DNA of 64,000 nucleotides from Chrysomallon squamiferum (Eukaryota; Animalia; Mollusca): the NCBI GenBank assembly GCA_012295275.1, contig CM022674.1:16678001-16742000 (forward strand), in the 5' to 3' direction. Positions 1 to 14,518 of the stretch are shown here, piece by piece. The notes below the pieces were generated by a model. That model was given only the letters and a program-made list of their open reading frames with translations. It did not search any database and had not been told where the DNA came from. The position numbers and the translations under genes are program-made. Numbering within the stretch: the first letter of the stretch is position 1; each line of letters begins with the position of its first letter.

Positions 1-459
1 CGTACATAGACACATACAGACACACATATTCACACGTACATATATATATACATACGAAGAGAATAGGAAAATAAATGAATAAATAAATTAATACAGTTAA
101 ATGCAAAATGAAAAAATTTTTGCATCGATGTAGACTGGGATATCTTAAACAATCTTTCACGTATTTCAGTATACAGGTCAATCTTTGGGAAATGCGAAAG
201 TGATGTAACAAAAAATTCAGGTTGTAATTCTCTTTAAATAAAGTGAAATCATTACTAATGAAATCTTTCGTTTCTGTTTAAAGGTAAAGTATTTGTTTAC
301 TATAAGCTCGTGAAATCTTTCGTTTCAGTTTAATGATAAAGTATTTGTTTACTAAAAGTTGTTGAAATATTGATGAACAGGATGAACAGGATAATATTAA
401 TCCGAAATTTAATATGGAGAATAATTGTATAAACATTGCACTTCTACAATAACACGAAC

Positions 460-2209
460 CTGATGACTTTAGGTAAGTGTAGAAATTGTCACATTCAAAT
501 TTGTTACAAACTGTTAGATTGTACAACCTCGTTCACTGTCTGAAAACTGACCAATGTCCAGTGAAATCAGGTAGCCACTGACGTTGACAGTTTTGTTGTA
601 GACTTTAACAGAAACGTCACTTTGGTTAATTACACTTTTCATAACCTTCATGTTTCTGTTAACCCATCGGAAATAGGTGATTCTAGAACGGGAGACAATA
701 ATCTTCTTCAGAATAATTGAGTCACCGTCAGACACAGTCAGTGTAGAGTACGAGGTACCTCCTGATGACGGCGGTACTGAAATTAAACAAAGTTTGTATT
801 GAAACATTTCTAACATTTTGCCCAGCAAACTTATGAATTGAACCAGGATACTCGATGAAAGGCTCCGGTAGTTTAAAAAAAGAAATACTAATAAAGAAGC
901 ACCCCCCACAAAAAGTAATTCAGTCAAACAAACAAAAGCAACTAACGTTCTATAATGTACTATACTTGCTGCACTGTAACTGTTAGTTCATCACCATTCC
1001 CACACCCACGTAAACAAACTTACCACGCTCACAAACACAAAACTCAAGTATATTTCCATCAACTGAATCAGTTGTGTGGTTGAAACATCACAATAATTTC
1101 AGAAATAATATAATTACACAGGTCTTACAATAAACTGCAAACAAATAAATAATAATGTATCAAATAGAACACGAGACTTACCTTCACTAATAACTGCCAG
1201 TTTTCCAAGCTGCTCAGTGATTCTGTTCAAACCAATGACATTGTTAGTCGCAGCGCACACGTATGTTCCACAATCTCTGTAACTGTACTGATGGATGGAC
1301 AGGACATATTTGTTCGGTGACACAAACTGTCCATCAAGTTCTCTGATTTTCTCACCTCTCCAGATGTGAGTGAATTTAGAGAAGTGGTAGTCTGCAGGGC
1401 GACCTTCTGCTTCACATGTTATTTGTAGAGTTTTGTTCTTTGTGTAGAAGTGTGCGGACTTTCGTATTGTTGGTGAGTCTATGTAAAGTAAGAATTAATA
1501 GAATATTGACTGCAAGTGTATAACTCTACACATTACGCTGAAAAAATTATTTAATATTAGTTTTTGCACATCAGCCAGGAAATGTCTTTGGTAATAAGTG
1601 TATTGTAAATCACTGAGGAATATGTATGTATGTTGTGTTATTAAAATAGTAATGAAAAATATATATTTAAATTTTGTTTTATTAAACACAGAAATTAATA
1701 AAAATTGTTAATGAAAAGAAACAAGAGTATACATACAAAATACATCCGTACATTTTATTCTTAAAATATGATTATTGTCAATGTACTTGCAAAAATCAAA
1801 AGAGTATTATTTGTAGATAGAAAAATATTTGTTAAATGTAATAACATTAAAATACTTACAGTTAACAAAAAGAAAAATGTTTGTGGACACAAGATATTAG
1901 TTTGTGAAATATAGTAATATTAATATACTTACAGTTAACAAAAAGAGATACGCTTGTTGACAGAATATATTTGTGACTTGTTTAGCTATACACTGACATA
2001 TTTTATTGTGGTAAATTCTTAACAGTTGAAAACTGATGAATCTAGTCTTCACGTCTCCAATGGTAACACGATTCGTTTTCGTGTTAATTCCGTCACAAAC
2101 AAGTATGACGTCAGAGACGATTGACTTTCCTCCTGTGACTTGAGACGACATTTTTATAGCGTCTCCTTCTCGAATTGGGACGCCCGAGTCGTAACCTTTT
2201 ATTACTGGC
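460..2209 (-). pseudogene. Ig-superfamily receptor pseudogene, inverted copy (3 Ig exons: ~2209-1931, 1478-1182, 776-460; TM exons would lie beyond the window start)
   Basis: Exon 1478-1182 (297 nt, AG/GT) encodes ...QITCEAEGRP...W...RDCGTYVCAATN, an Ig C-W-DxGxYxC pattern. It carries the same two frameshifts as the 32093-35476 copy. Confidence 0.8.
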
Positions 2210-2392
2210 TTATAATAATGATAATAATAATAATACGAAAAAGAAGACAGGATCGACAAAACCTTCTACTTTCTTTTCTCTTTCATGTAAATCAAAGCGC
2301 ATAACATATTTAATTAATATTAAATATTTCTTTGTCAGTAGAGACCATAACTTTTGTTTAGAACAAGTGTTTTTATGATGAATTCAAACTCC

Positions 2393-2493
<101 letters not shown>

Positions 2494-2536
2494 AATTACG
2501 TAAGTCACATTTGAAATCCAGTTTTGTATTTTTCAT

Positions 2537-2800
2537 ATTTGGATGTGAACTTGCGCGCAGTATATGCATCATTTCAAGACTGTTAAACAAAACGCAGATC
2601 TTTAAAAACAGGTTTTTAAAGATCGTCCAAACATCAAAGACCCTCTAAGACAACAATGAGAGAGGAGAGAAAATTGCAGAGACCAGTTAGATGTCGTTCA
2701 TGGGTCTGAACCACATCTTTAAAACAATAGTTGTTAGAACTGAGCTCTATTTTCTACACGACACTGAGAAATCGGTTAAAAGGAGGACAGAAAACATGAA
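2537..2800 (+). mobile_element. Tc1/mariner transposase N-terminal (HTH) relic carried in a FReD intron fragment
   Basis: Homologous to 52880-53240(-), where the degenerate translation gives ISIISRLLNK..KDCPRHRRPRKTTIREERELLRLVR (Tc1 GRPR-type motif). Confidence 0.6.
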
Positions 2801-3033
2801 ATAAATAAAACTGTCTCAAGCACACAAAGGAGTATCACATTTAAACATGTAGATAAAACATGAGATTTATAACGGTTACCTCACTGAAAGGAACAAACAT
2901 TAAACTAGTTTTAAACCTTACGTTTAAAGAATAGTGTCATCATCGTAGTCGTAGTCGTTGATACTGGTGTTTTATGTTAGAAAACTGATTGACACGAATG
3001 TGATTCTGATAATTATGGAATATTTACTTGTAG

Positions 3034-3138
3034 GTGATACCTTGATAAACACTGTAACAGATAACGTTAGTCACAATGGTATGAGATTCTCTACATAGGA
3101 CAATGGAAACGCATGTGCTAGGGGTTATAAGGGAGGCT
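3034..3138 (+). pseudogene. Truncated fibrinogen-domain last-exon fragment
   Basis: ttgtag|GT GAT ACC..., encoding GDTLINTVTDNVSHNGMRFST*DNGNACARGYKGG. In-frame TAG at 3096-3098; the match ends at GYKGG. Confidence 0.85.
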
Positions 3139-4814
3139 ACACATAAATATATTAATGCATATAAGACACTATTTTATTAATACTAATAAAAATAATAAAA
3201 TAATACTAATAAAAATAATAACAGCAAAGCATTTCAACCACTGATCTGTCTGTCTGTCTGTCCGTATCTGTGTATATTTCTTTCTAATCGGTTTGTTTAT
3301 CGATATATATCAACCTTTAGATCAGTTAAGTTACAGGTCTTTTTCGCTATCTAAAATATATCATAAAAAGTATAATAGCATTTGATATAATACAGTGATA
3401 GAAGATCATATACATAAATCAATAGCAATAAGATAAATATTAAATATAAATAAAAAAATAGTTTTTCTTTTCTTAAGTGTGGATATCTTTGACGGAACTC
3501 TTTTTGCATGACTACGAGTAATATTCATTTTCATAAATGGCTTGCATGTAATTATGCCCAATTTTTTTTTTTTATTATGTGACTGTCAAGCAGTAATCAT
3601 TTATATGAGGAAAAGTAACAAAGGAAATGAAATTTGTAAATTAAATTGTTTTCCGTTCCTTCAGTGTATCAGTGTGAGTAAGCAAGATAGTGACTGACAT
3701 TTAGGTATATAAAATAAGTGAATTGACAGTGAGTCTAAATTTACCAAAATCCTTTTATCTACATGATAATAGTACGAAAGAAAAAAAATACGTTTTTTAG
3801 TTACCAATAATTCTGTGTGTCTGTCTGTGTGTGTGTGTGTGTGTGTGTATGTGTGTGTGCATACACACATATCTCATCGCTAAGAAGAAATATAATGCAA
3901 AGGGTACGCTAAGAAGGATTGACCCTACAACCTCTTATGATACCACATATCAAGATATCTGACACCTGTACCCATATGATTTAATTCTACGTGGTCAGTA
4001 CAGCACTATTATGTATAACTACAAATGACCCGTTTAACGTCAGCAATATAATTAATTATACATTGCCTTATAATAAAAATCTCACGTAACAATAAACTTC
4101 AAAATGTAATGAAAAGATAACCATACACATCTGTAACACAGTCTGATATAACTTGTTCCTTTAATGTGTCTTGCCTGATTGTAATATTGTTTTTGAGAAA
4201 TATGCTCAGATTTTGAACGCTGTAATGTAAATCTTTGTCAACCCTTCCAACCCATATACCACTGTAATATAATCCGTTGTAAATCGTACTGACCTTTGTA
4301 CCCTGTAATGTATTCACTTATATAGCCTACTGACCCAAACACCCATGTAATATAATTCTTTGTATATACTACTGACGCACACACCTGTGAAATGTAATTC
4401 TTTGTGTCATACTGACTCGTGAATCTGTGGTTTTCCTCCCAAAAGACTGAGGTCCCATAAGGCGGACGCATTAAACAATACAAGACAAGGTTGAGCGCAT
4501 TACTAATAACGTGCCGTTTACCTTGAATAATATTATCTCCGTAGTATTGTTCTTATACAGAACGCTATTGTTCTTATATAGAAATCACTGATACGCGCTA
4601 ACCCCTAGTACAATAAGCGATTATGGAATAGTCTGATTCAATAAATAACCTGAAAAAATCGCTCAATCACTTCATCGTTTATTTTACTGCATAGTTAAAA
4701 TTATAGCCATTCATAACATTTGTTCATTTTATTATATCTACAAATAATTGGACATTCATAACATTCACATATTTAAAATTATAGTTATTCATAACATTTA
4801 TTACTTTTATTACA

Positions 4815-4945
4815 TCTGTCGCGTTCATGGTAGATGGACAACCGACTTTGGAACACTTCCAATGAACAATATCTCTTTTACTACTCTTGATCCTGAACCT
4901 ATGTCCCTGATGCACTAAAGTAGGCTTGCCACATGAATTCGGAAT
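4815..4945 (-). mobile_element. FLYWCH-type zinc-finger relic of a Mutator-like transposon
   Basis: GKPTLVHQGHRFRIKSSKRDIVHWKCSKVGCPS matches the FLYWCH pattern (F/Y..W.C....C). Inverted copy of 29477-29660. Confidence 0.65.
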
Positions 4946-5043
4946 TAACTTCAAATTGATCTATGCGTTTGGTACTGCCAGCAGAGCAATGGTGTGTATA
5001 TATATTTGTATACTATAATAATAATAATATATAAATTGTACTG

Positions 5044-5548
5044 TTTTCACTTTGACATCAAGTTGTTTCTGGTGTGAAACTTGTACTAGATCTGCTTTCA
5101 CTTTGACACCAAGTTGTTTCTGCTGTTTTTGAGACGGAAATCTTTTAATTTTGACATGGAGTTGTTTTTGCCTTGATACTTGTTTTAGAATTAGTTTTAC
5201 TTTCAAATCAAGTTGTTTCTCTTCTAAATCTTCTATTGCATCTGCTGTGACTTTCCTGTCAAATTGTTCCTGTTCTGGAAGATCATCTTGGTAATACCAC
5301 CCACTCGTTTCGAAGACGTCAATATCATCAAATTTATCAAAGTGAGATAAACTTCTGAAAATATATAACAGTGAATCAGTGATTTTTCTAAAATCTTCAC
5401 CAGTTGTGATATTTTCATCATTAAATATAACACTGACTGTTTTTCTATTTTTTTAAATACATTTAATACTGAATTATCAGAACTTTCTACTATTTGTAAA
5501 ATTCTATCTGCCAAGTATACTATCTCTTTTTTAGACATGTTTCAATGC
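5044..5548 (-). pseudogene. Truncated copy of the PARP-like gene's upstream repeat exon
   Basis: Reverse complement of ~24050-24740 (QKQLDVKVK repeats). The downstream WWE and catalytic exons are absent from this arm. Confidence 0.7.
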
Positions 5549-5711
5549 CTGAAAATAACATTTTAAGTATAAAATAGACAATCGATATTTAAAAAATAAT
5601 AAGTATAAAATAGTTTTGCCACTAGCTTAAAAAAAAAAAAAAATAAAATAATAATAATAATAGCAATAAAAATAATGATAATAAAAAAAGACAATCTAAG
5701 AAACTAACAAA

Positions 5712-5746
<35 letters not shown>

Positions 5747-5856
5747 GTAAGTAAATAAATAAATATTAACCAATGAAAGCTAAGTTATAAATTTATGTAA
5801 TCTTGCAATTTAGATCATGGCCGTATGAACCTGACACGAGAGTATTTATACCTCCT

Positions 5857-6670
5857 GTAGCAATATACTGTAGCGATATACTATAGCGATATACTGTAGC
5901 GATATACTGTAGCGATACTGATAGCTAAGGTGTTTATGGTGCTCCTGAAAATAACATTTTAAGTATAAAATAGACAATCGATATTTAAAAAATAATAAGT
6001 ATAAAATAGTTTTGCCACTAGCTTAAAAAAAAAAAAAAAGGAAAAAATAATAATAATAGCAATAAAAATAATGATAATAAAAAAAGACAGAATCTAAGAA
6101 TACAAACAAATAAATAAATAAATAAGTAAGTAAGTAAGTAAGTAAGTAAATAAATAAATATTATCCAATGAAAGCTAAGTTATAAATTTATGTAATCTTG
6201 CAATTTAGATCATGGCCGTATCAGTAGACATTTTACTGAATATTTAAATATTTTTTACGATTTGTTCTTCTGCTGCTAGTGATATTTGTAAGGTCAGAGA
6301 ACATCTAACCTAGTTCAGAGATTAAATACAGAAGTAAATACGGGTATTTACCCAAAGCATAGAATTGTAGTCTTAGTTATTAAATGTTGCAGAAAACTGA
6401 ATGTGTGACGATTATATTGTTTATCGTTACATGGACTCAAAACCTATTCTACCATATCAACCTGACACGAGAGTATTTATACCTCCTGTAGTAATATACT
6501 GTAGCGATATACTATAGCGATATACTGTAGCGATATACTGTAGCGATATACTATAGCGATATACTATAGAGATATACTATAGCGATATACTGTAGCGATA
6601 TACTGTAGCGATATACTATAGCGATATACTGTAGCGATATACTGTAGCGATATACTGTAGCGATACTGAT
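5857..6670. repeat. Two blocks of 13-bp minisatellite (GATATACTRTAGC) at ~5857-5920 and ~6487-6670, inside a local A-B-A'-C-B' duplication
   Basis: Tandem tatactgtagcga/tatactatagcga units. 5548-5826 is repeated at 5944-6221 and 5828-5945 at 6458-6692. Confidence 0.85.
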
Positions 6671-6721
6671 AGCTAAGGGGTTTATGGTGCTCCTTTTTTT
6701 GTTTGCCCTTTCTTTCTTAAG

Positions 6722-6778
<57 letters not shown>

Positions 6779-6946
6779 TTATATATAATGAATAATACGT
6801 TTAATGATATATTCATTATAAACAGCTTCTAGTTTCCCTTAAATGTTGAGCGATTTCTTCCGTGTCAGTGCAGAATAATAATACTAATACTAATACTAAT
6901 AATAATAATAATAATATAAATATAATAATAATAATAATAATAATAA

Positions 6947-6992
<46 letters not shown>

Positions 6993-8759
6993 GTAATAAT
7001 AGTAATAATAATAATATATGCCTGTAACATTATATATTTTTCTTACCGTGATTTTATCGTCTCGTGAGATCAGTCAGAATAATAAATCAGAAGAACAGTT
7101 CACCTGATCTGTTACAAGTTTCTGCTTTGTTTTGTTCTTGACGACTATTATCTGTTGTTGCGACGCATTCTTCCGGAGAGTAAGGCTCCAACTCATGGCA
7201 AACGAGTCCTAACTTCCGGTCATGGCATTTGCGCTTGCACACGAACACGAAATAATTGTACATCATTCGTTAGATTTATTTATTTATTTATTTGTTTGAT
7301 TGTTTGTTTGTTTGTTTAATTGTTTACAGAAGATACCATATAGCAAATGAGTGTACAGTTCAAAAATACATATGGCGCGTTAATTATGTCAGAAAAGTAT
7401 ATTAGATAGATCAGTTCAAAATACTGAAACATTTTTGTAACTCAATTATTTCTTTCTTTCACTTATAGCTATGGTTGTTGTTGTTGTTGTTGCTGCTGAT
7501 GTTGTTACTGTTGTTATTATTATAATTCTGTATGAAATACTGATATAATGACCGTAAAAAAGGATAGCGAAGGAAATGACATGGTATCAACTGAGCTAAA
7601 GTCGATCAGGTATGTCGACACACTGCATGCTATATTTGCGTTCGTTGTGTCTGTGGCTTATCTTTTGGTCCAAATATTTACTTACTAAAACTAGGTCCTG
7701 GCAGGAGCTCTCTGCTGACCAAAATAATCTGTTGTTCCGTAATAAAATAATAATGATGATTATTATGATGATCGTAAAAATATGGACAAGTAATAATAAT
7801 AATAATAATAATAACACCACCACCACCACCACCACCACCAACAATAATAATAAAACCAATAATTAAGAAAGAAAATTTTGTCTGACATTTCATTAATTTA
7901 AATTTTTTATAATGTCTTTTTCTCCTTTCTTTCATCCAATCTTGTTATTCGCTCACTGTTTATATAATTACAGTACCTGATCTGTATAGGACAGTATCGT
8001 CAATAAAATCATAAAACAAAGAAGTTTTCTGAAGTATTCTTAATACATTAATTGATTAATAATGTGTTCATTTATCAGCAATGGGGAATACCTTGAATCT
8101 GGCGGTTTCGATCTCTGAAACTTTGTGGTTCTTTTTTATGAAACTACGGCGTTCAAGGGTTTGAGCATCGTAGAAGGGAGGTAAGTCTGACAGTCATATT
8201 TGGTCAAATAGCAAAGTTCTCGTTCTTGATGAGTTAACAATTATTAGTACAAGAATATTGACAAATAAAAACACCAATAATAACAAACATTATGCATATT
8301 AAAAAAAAAAAAAAAAACCACTTATAAATCGGGTAAATTATATTTAATTTGTCTTTAAGTCTATAACACAAGAACAATCGAGTTTAAATAAAATAAATCA
8401 TATCGCTTCGCTATTTTTTCCCTTTCTACATTCCATAACTTTGCTTTAGTTGTTTTATTTTTAAAATTATACAGCACTAAACCAAGTGGGAAATATAAGC
8501 TCCATTGCAATAAAATGTATAATTAAGTAATTCTTGCGGAATACATATGATCTATATGTTAACTGTACAAGTAAATGTAGTGTCTATTATGTACTTACAA
8601 GTAACACAAAGTAGTTTCAGTTATTTGCATTTATTTATCTGTATTTTTATCTGTATTATTTTTTACTAAGCCTTTTTTAGGCTAGGTTTTCTCTAGGTAA
8701 ATGAGCCAGTTAACTGTCTATAATAATAACAATAATAATAATAGTAGTAGTAGTACTTT

Positions 8760-8809
<50 letters not shown>

Positions 8810-9531
8810 ATAATAATAATAATAATTATTATTATTATTATTACACAGACAGTGTTTTCTATGGGTACATCCAGTAAACGTAGAATTAATTTAGTTTCAA
8901 ATAAAAGAAGTAAAATGTAGATTTCAGATACAAAATTATTTTGCTATTCCCCCCTCTTAAAGAAATAAGAGGCAAATGCTGTATCCCTAATCCTAATCCT
9001 TAACCTAGCTCAATTTCTACACTTAATCCCCTTAAAATTCGTCCCCTTACGCTACTTCCAATCGTGACCCCAAATTACTTTGCATTAACACTAATGATAA
9101 AATTTAAAAGATCCTAGCTCTAACCCTAACCCTAACCGTAGCTTAACATCCAAACCTAATCCTATGGAGGTTGGGAACATTAATTCTTACGTTTACTCTA
9201 AGCTGAGCATACTAGTTTATGTTAGCTGATAGATATCGTCAGAATCTATCCTTGTTTATTTGCTAATGAAATATTGCCCAGCATTTTCTACTTTAGTATA
9301 CAACCTGAACTTTTTTTATTTCAATAGAAACTTCGCCAGTTCTAGATCAATCGATCCGCCTTTGAAACGGACCGTAAAATTAATTAAATAAACTGAAAAG
9401 AAAATCAGTTACATTTTTAATCTTTATTACCAATATTTTATTTCTGCTATCTAAAGAAGTAGGCCAGATACATATATTAGAAAAAAAGAAGTTTTAAATG
9501 TAACCCGAGAACCTTCATCACGAGAGACAAG

Positions 9532-9923
9532 ATGAAGGTGTTCAAAATATCTGGATCGTTTTTCTTTTTCTTATTTCTACTAAGTTCACATTTGACAACA
9601 TCATAATAGACACTTCTGTTTTCGTAAACAGTGATTCCGTGAGTTAAAACACGACAACAAATAACAATCTAACGGGAATCCTGCTTTCTGAAAGGTATTT
9701 GATATCTGACAACAAAACCAGGAATAAATTGGTGTGTGCCGCGCAGTGTGACCTTGAACCCAGATGCAAAACGTTTACGTTTGAAAAGTCGTCTGCCAAA
9801 TGTTTTCTTTACAGTGAAGTTGTCACTGGAGGCTGCAATACGCCAGTACTGAGTAAAATTTCTAGTTACTACACACAGCAGGGTAAATATCTATCTGTCT
9901 GTTTGTCTGTCTGTCTGTGTCTA

Positions 9924-10000
<77 letters not shown>

Positions 10001-10864
10001 AATATTTATATATATATATTCTGTTAATATGTCATTATTAACGTCGATATTACGTATTTTAGCTTGATTATCTCTGAAACAAGTGATAATATTAAATGTA
10101 GTAGAAGTAGAAACACTAGTAGAAGTGATTGTGACAGTTGAAACAGTATTATAGAGAGAGATTTAAATGAAATGATAGAGTATAGGGGTGGCTTTGATTT
10201 ATATAGAGAATGACTGGTTACTGCATTACATCCTGTAAAGGTCAGAAGTGCCAGATCCAGGGAGGCTATCCCAGGCGATAATATCAGATCAGAGTAAAGT
10301 ATGTGTGTGTGTTTGTGTTAATGTGTGTGTGACTATATATCTGTTTAAATATCTATCTATCTATCTGACTATCTATCTATCTATCTATCCATCTATTTAT
10401 ATGTCTATATATGTATATGTGTGAGTGTGTGTGTAATAGTCTGTGTGTATGTATGTGTACATTTTTTAGCGAGATACCTACCTATCTCTCTCTTAGTACC
10501 TTATTCTTTTATACATTTTGACACTTTTGTGTCTCTGGCTTTCTGTTTTTAATAATCTTTGTGTTTAAGACCTTATTAAAAGTTGTTTGACTAATTTGAA
10601 AAACAATCCTGTATTATATTTCTCATTAATTTCTAGTTTAAAAATATCAGATTTCTATTTTCGTTACTTAATTTCAGACCTTCCGCAGATTTTTGATACA
10701 GCACTGGATGGCAAAAATCGTAGACTCTATTATTCCGGTGGCAACATTATAGAGTTCATTGACCTTCAAAGTGGCAAACAAGGAAAGTTCTAACACAGAA
10801 TGGAGCCAATTTGAGACGTCTGTACGTTGACCCAGAAATGAGGTAGTTGAAACAGTAGTAGTAC

Positions 10865-10902
<38 letters not shown>

Positions 10903-11465
10903 ATAGTAGTAGCAGTAGCAGAAGCAACTGTAGTAAAAGTAGTGGTAGTTAGTACAATAGTTATAGTTGTGGTGGTTTTAGAATTAGTAACTGTAATAGT
11001 AATAGCAGTTGTAGTAGAAACAATAGTATTTTGTTAATTCGCTGTAGTTATAGTAGTAATAACGGTATTATGTTATGAGTAGTAGCCATTGTTGTTGCTG
11101 CTACTGTTGTTGTTCTTATTATTGTTGTTGTTGGTGGTGGTGGTCTTCTTCTTCATTTTGTCACAGGTAGTCCCCTCTTTCTTAGTTTTCATTCCTGGAA
11201 ATTTCTGATCCTAATATGACACTTTATCTGTGTTTGAATTAAGCCTATGTCTAGCACTAAAGCGAGTGCTGATATAAAAATGAATTACTAAAATTAGTTT
11301 ATTGTGTTTGTCATATTTATTTTTATTATTTGTTTTCTCTCTGTGATAGGTGTATCTTTGCTGAGATTCCCACTGAAGGAATTATACATACTGACTATGA
11401 TAACAAAACAGCGCAGACAATTTCTGGCTTTGCAGAGATATATCATATCTCCTTCGATGCGACAT
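9532..11465 (+). pseudogene. Secreted PAN/apple + YWTD/LY-like beta-propeller protein pseudogene (exons 9532-9882, 10678-10842, 11350-11465)
   Basis: Signal-like MKVFKISGSFFFFLFLLSS followed by in-frame stops. PAN pattern CAAQCDLEPRCKTFTFEKSSAKCFLY. LY-like ALDGKNRRLYYS..IEFIDL..LRRLYVDP with a frameshift near 10780. GT-AG borders. Confidence 0.75.
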
Positions 11466-11804
11466 GTACCCATTTTCCTTCTCTTTTGATTTTTACAATT
11501 CATTCAAATTTACGAGCCAACAACAGCCCATCTATCCATCTTTCTAACTACCTAACCACCTAAATAAACAAAAAATTACTGATACGAAGAGATAATGAAA
11601 CACCTTTGTGAGATAGAGAGAGAGATAGGAAGAGAAAGTATTGAATGAAAGAGAATAACGAGTATGACCAAAACAATAGATGGAGGTCGTACACAAAAAA
11701 AATAAAACTAATAAAAAAAAAAAATATCAAAAGATTTAAAAAAATTAAAAATAAAAATACATAATTAATCCTCTTCAATGTCAGTGTATCTCGAATGTAC
11801 TGAT

Positions 11805-11883
<79 letters not shown>

Positions 11884-11964
11884 TTGACATTAGAACAAAA
11901 TTTTCACAATGTACAGTATGAAACTAGTGATTTGATTTGACTTTAACTTTTGTTTACTGACATT

Positions 11965-12410
11965 AGAACAAAATTAACAAGATGTACATACTAGCTACAT
12001 CTAAACCTACTTAACTGTTACTATAATTACTACTTCTAAAAAATTAACAAAATGTACATACTCGCTACCTCTAAACTTACTATACTATTACTATAATTAT
12101 AACCACTAAAACATTAACTAGATGTACATACTAGCTACCTCTAAACTTACTATACTATTACTATAATTATAACCACTAAAACATGAACTAGATGTACATA
12201 CTAGCTTCCTCTAAACCTACTATATTGTTACTACAATTACTATTACCAAACAAATTAACAAGATATACATGCTAGCTATCCTTAAACCTACTATACTATT
12301 ACTACAATTACTATCACTAAAAAAAAATTACTATCACTAAAAATTAACTAAAAGACTATTACTAAAAAATTAACAAGATGTACATACTAGCTTCCTCTAA
12401 ACCTACTAGG
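11965..12410. repeat. 70-bp minisatellite, about 6 copies
   Basis: (g/a)atgtacata core recurs at 11981, 12051, 12121, 12191, ~12262 and ~12377. Confidence 0.85.
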
Positions 12411-12937
12411 TCCCACACGATATACATTTACAAATATATATTAATACAATAAAACAACAGTAAAACAACAAAAGCAACAACATGACTCAATAACAAATAC
12501 ACAGAACAACCATATAAACACACACTCCCCTCAGTAACAAAAACCCACAAAGATACAGCAACAAAAAGAAAGATAACAAACATTTCGCCCTAAACCAATC
12601 GCTGAAGCAAGACAGAACAAATCATATTTAAAATGATCATTTCCCTGATGACTATTATACGAGTAAATAATTCTGTTCGCCTTCTCTTTATTTCAGATGA
12701 ATTGAACGAATCAGGACAACTTACACAAAAATATCAATAATCACTACATTATTAATAAAATTATCCATATTCAATGTAGCATAAAATATTTGTTCACCGA
12801 ATTTGATTACCTTTCTGTTTAGCTTCTGTATGTTTCTCTCTCGCTCGGTCTTTATTTTGTTATGATTTTTATTTATTGATTTTTTTTTTGTTAGCAGACA
12901 TGGGACCTAGTATTTCTGTCCTTCTTTTGATGTTCAG

Positions 12938-13986
12938 GTATTTCAGAGACGGACGGACGGATCAGAAGATTTCTACAGAACGTGGCAAGAATTCAGAGAC
13001 GGGTTTGGTTCATTAATTAACGAATTCTGGTTAGGTAAGTAATTAATAATAAATAATTAAAATATAAATACAAAAATCAATAGATTAAGGGAGTAATTTC
13101 AAAAATATAATGTATCAATAGGTGTGTGTATGTGTGTGCGTGTGTTTGTGAATGAGTAAGATCAAAAACAGAACACAAAAACAACAACAACAACAAAAAT
13201 AACAATATTATTAAAACCAGTGAAACCAGATAAATGAGTGAAAGAAGGAAAGAAACAAAGAAACAAGCATACAAGGAAAGAGACAAACAAAAACTTAGAT
13301 AAATATCTCGATATATGGTTATTCACTGAACCATGGATTTATCGATTATCTCTCTGATTTAACTTGCCAGGCAATGAGAACATACATCGTTTGACCAGAC
13401 AGGGTTACTACGATCTAAAAATTGACTTGGAAGATTTTGAAGGAAACACGACTTTTGCTGTCTACAAAAATTTCTCAATAACTGGAGAAGATGATTTTTA
13501 TCGCTTATCAGTGCAGAAATACAGAGGAAATGTAGGTAATTTAAATGCTTTTTTCTTGTATTTTTCAACTAATATCAGATAAATAATAAAAAATAAATGC
13601 AGTTAAGTAATACGTTTATTAATATTATAGTAAAATTCATATATAATCACTGAATATACATCGACAGATAATATATTTGTTTACCTGGATGAAATTATTT
13701 ATATATATATATAGATAGTTTTGTCTACCTATATATTTATATATATATAGGTAGACAAAACTATCTATCTATCTATCTATCTATGTATCTATCTGTTTAT
13801 CTATATATCATCTATATATTTATTTATCTATATATTTACACACTCAAACGTATGTACACACGCACAGACACACAGACACACACATATATTATATATAGAT
13901 AGATAGATAGACAGATAGAACAATATATTTTTATATAAAACATCATTATAGATAAAATAAAATAATATATTTATAAAGATATATAA

Positions 13987-14062
<76 letters not shown>

Positions 14063-14518
14063 GTGTATTATACTTATATATGTAGATAAAACTAAATACT
14101 TATTTAGGAATATTTATTACGAATCCGGTTTAATCACAGAAACATTAAGTATTTCGTTTAGAGTAAAGTCGTGGTCGTTGTTGTTGCTGTTATATACCGG
14201 AAAACTGATTGACACGAACGTGATTCTGATAATTATAGAATATTTACTTGTAGGTGATGCCTTGATAAACACTGTAACAGATAATGTTCGTCACAATGGT
14301 ATGAGATTCTCTACAAAGGACAATGGTAATTTATGTGCTAGGGGTTATAAGGGAACTGGTGGTACAATCGCTGTCATTCGGCCAATCTGAACGGTCTGTA
14401 CCTCAATGGAACCAATAATTTATTTGGTGTTGGAATCAACTGGTCGCCATGGAGAGGCTATTACTATTCACTGAAGAAAACTGTAATGAAAATTCGTCCA
14501 TCTTCTGTTTTGAACTAA
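12938..14518 (+). pseudogene. Fibrinogen-related (FReD) paralog lacking exons 1-2 (exons 12938-13034, 13371-13535, 14254-14518)
   Basis: [19 protein letters not shown]...EFWLG / NENIHRLT..LKIDLEDFEG / [35 protein letters not shown]. Exon sizes of 97 and 165 nt equal those of the intact gene. 1-nt frameshift at ~14355. Upstream 12400-12790 matches the promoter side of the paralogs. Confidence 0.9.

Noticed and set aside
8078-8186. Exon-like segment with a gtaagt donor (mirror ~22660-22770)
   Set aside because: Stops in the frames examined and no recognisable motif.
9532-14518. Chimeric PAN-propeller-FBG gene on the + strand
   Set aside because: The last propeller exon appears to end in phase 1 while FBG exon 3 starts in phase 0. 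The intervening DNA is the FReD's own upstream region, and both parts carry stops or frameshifts.
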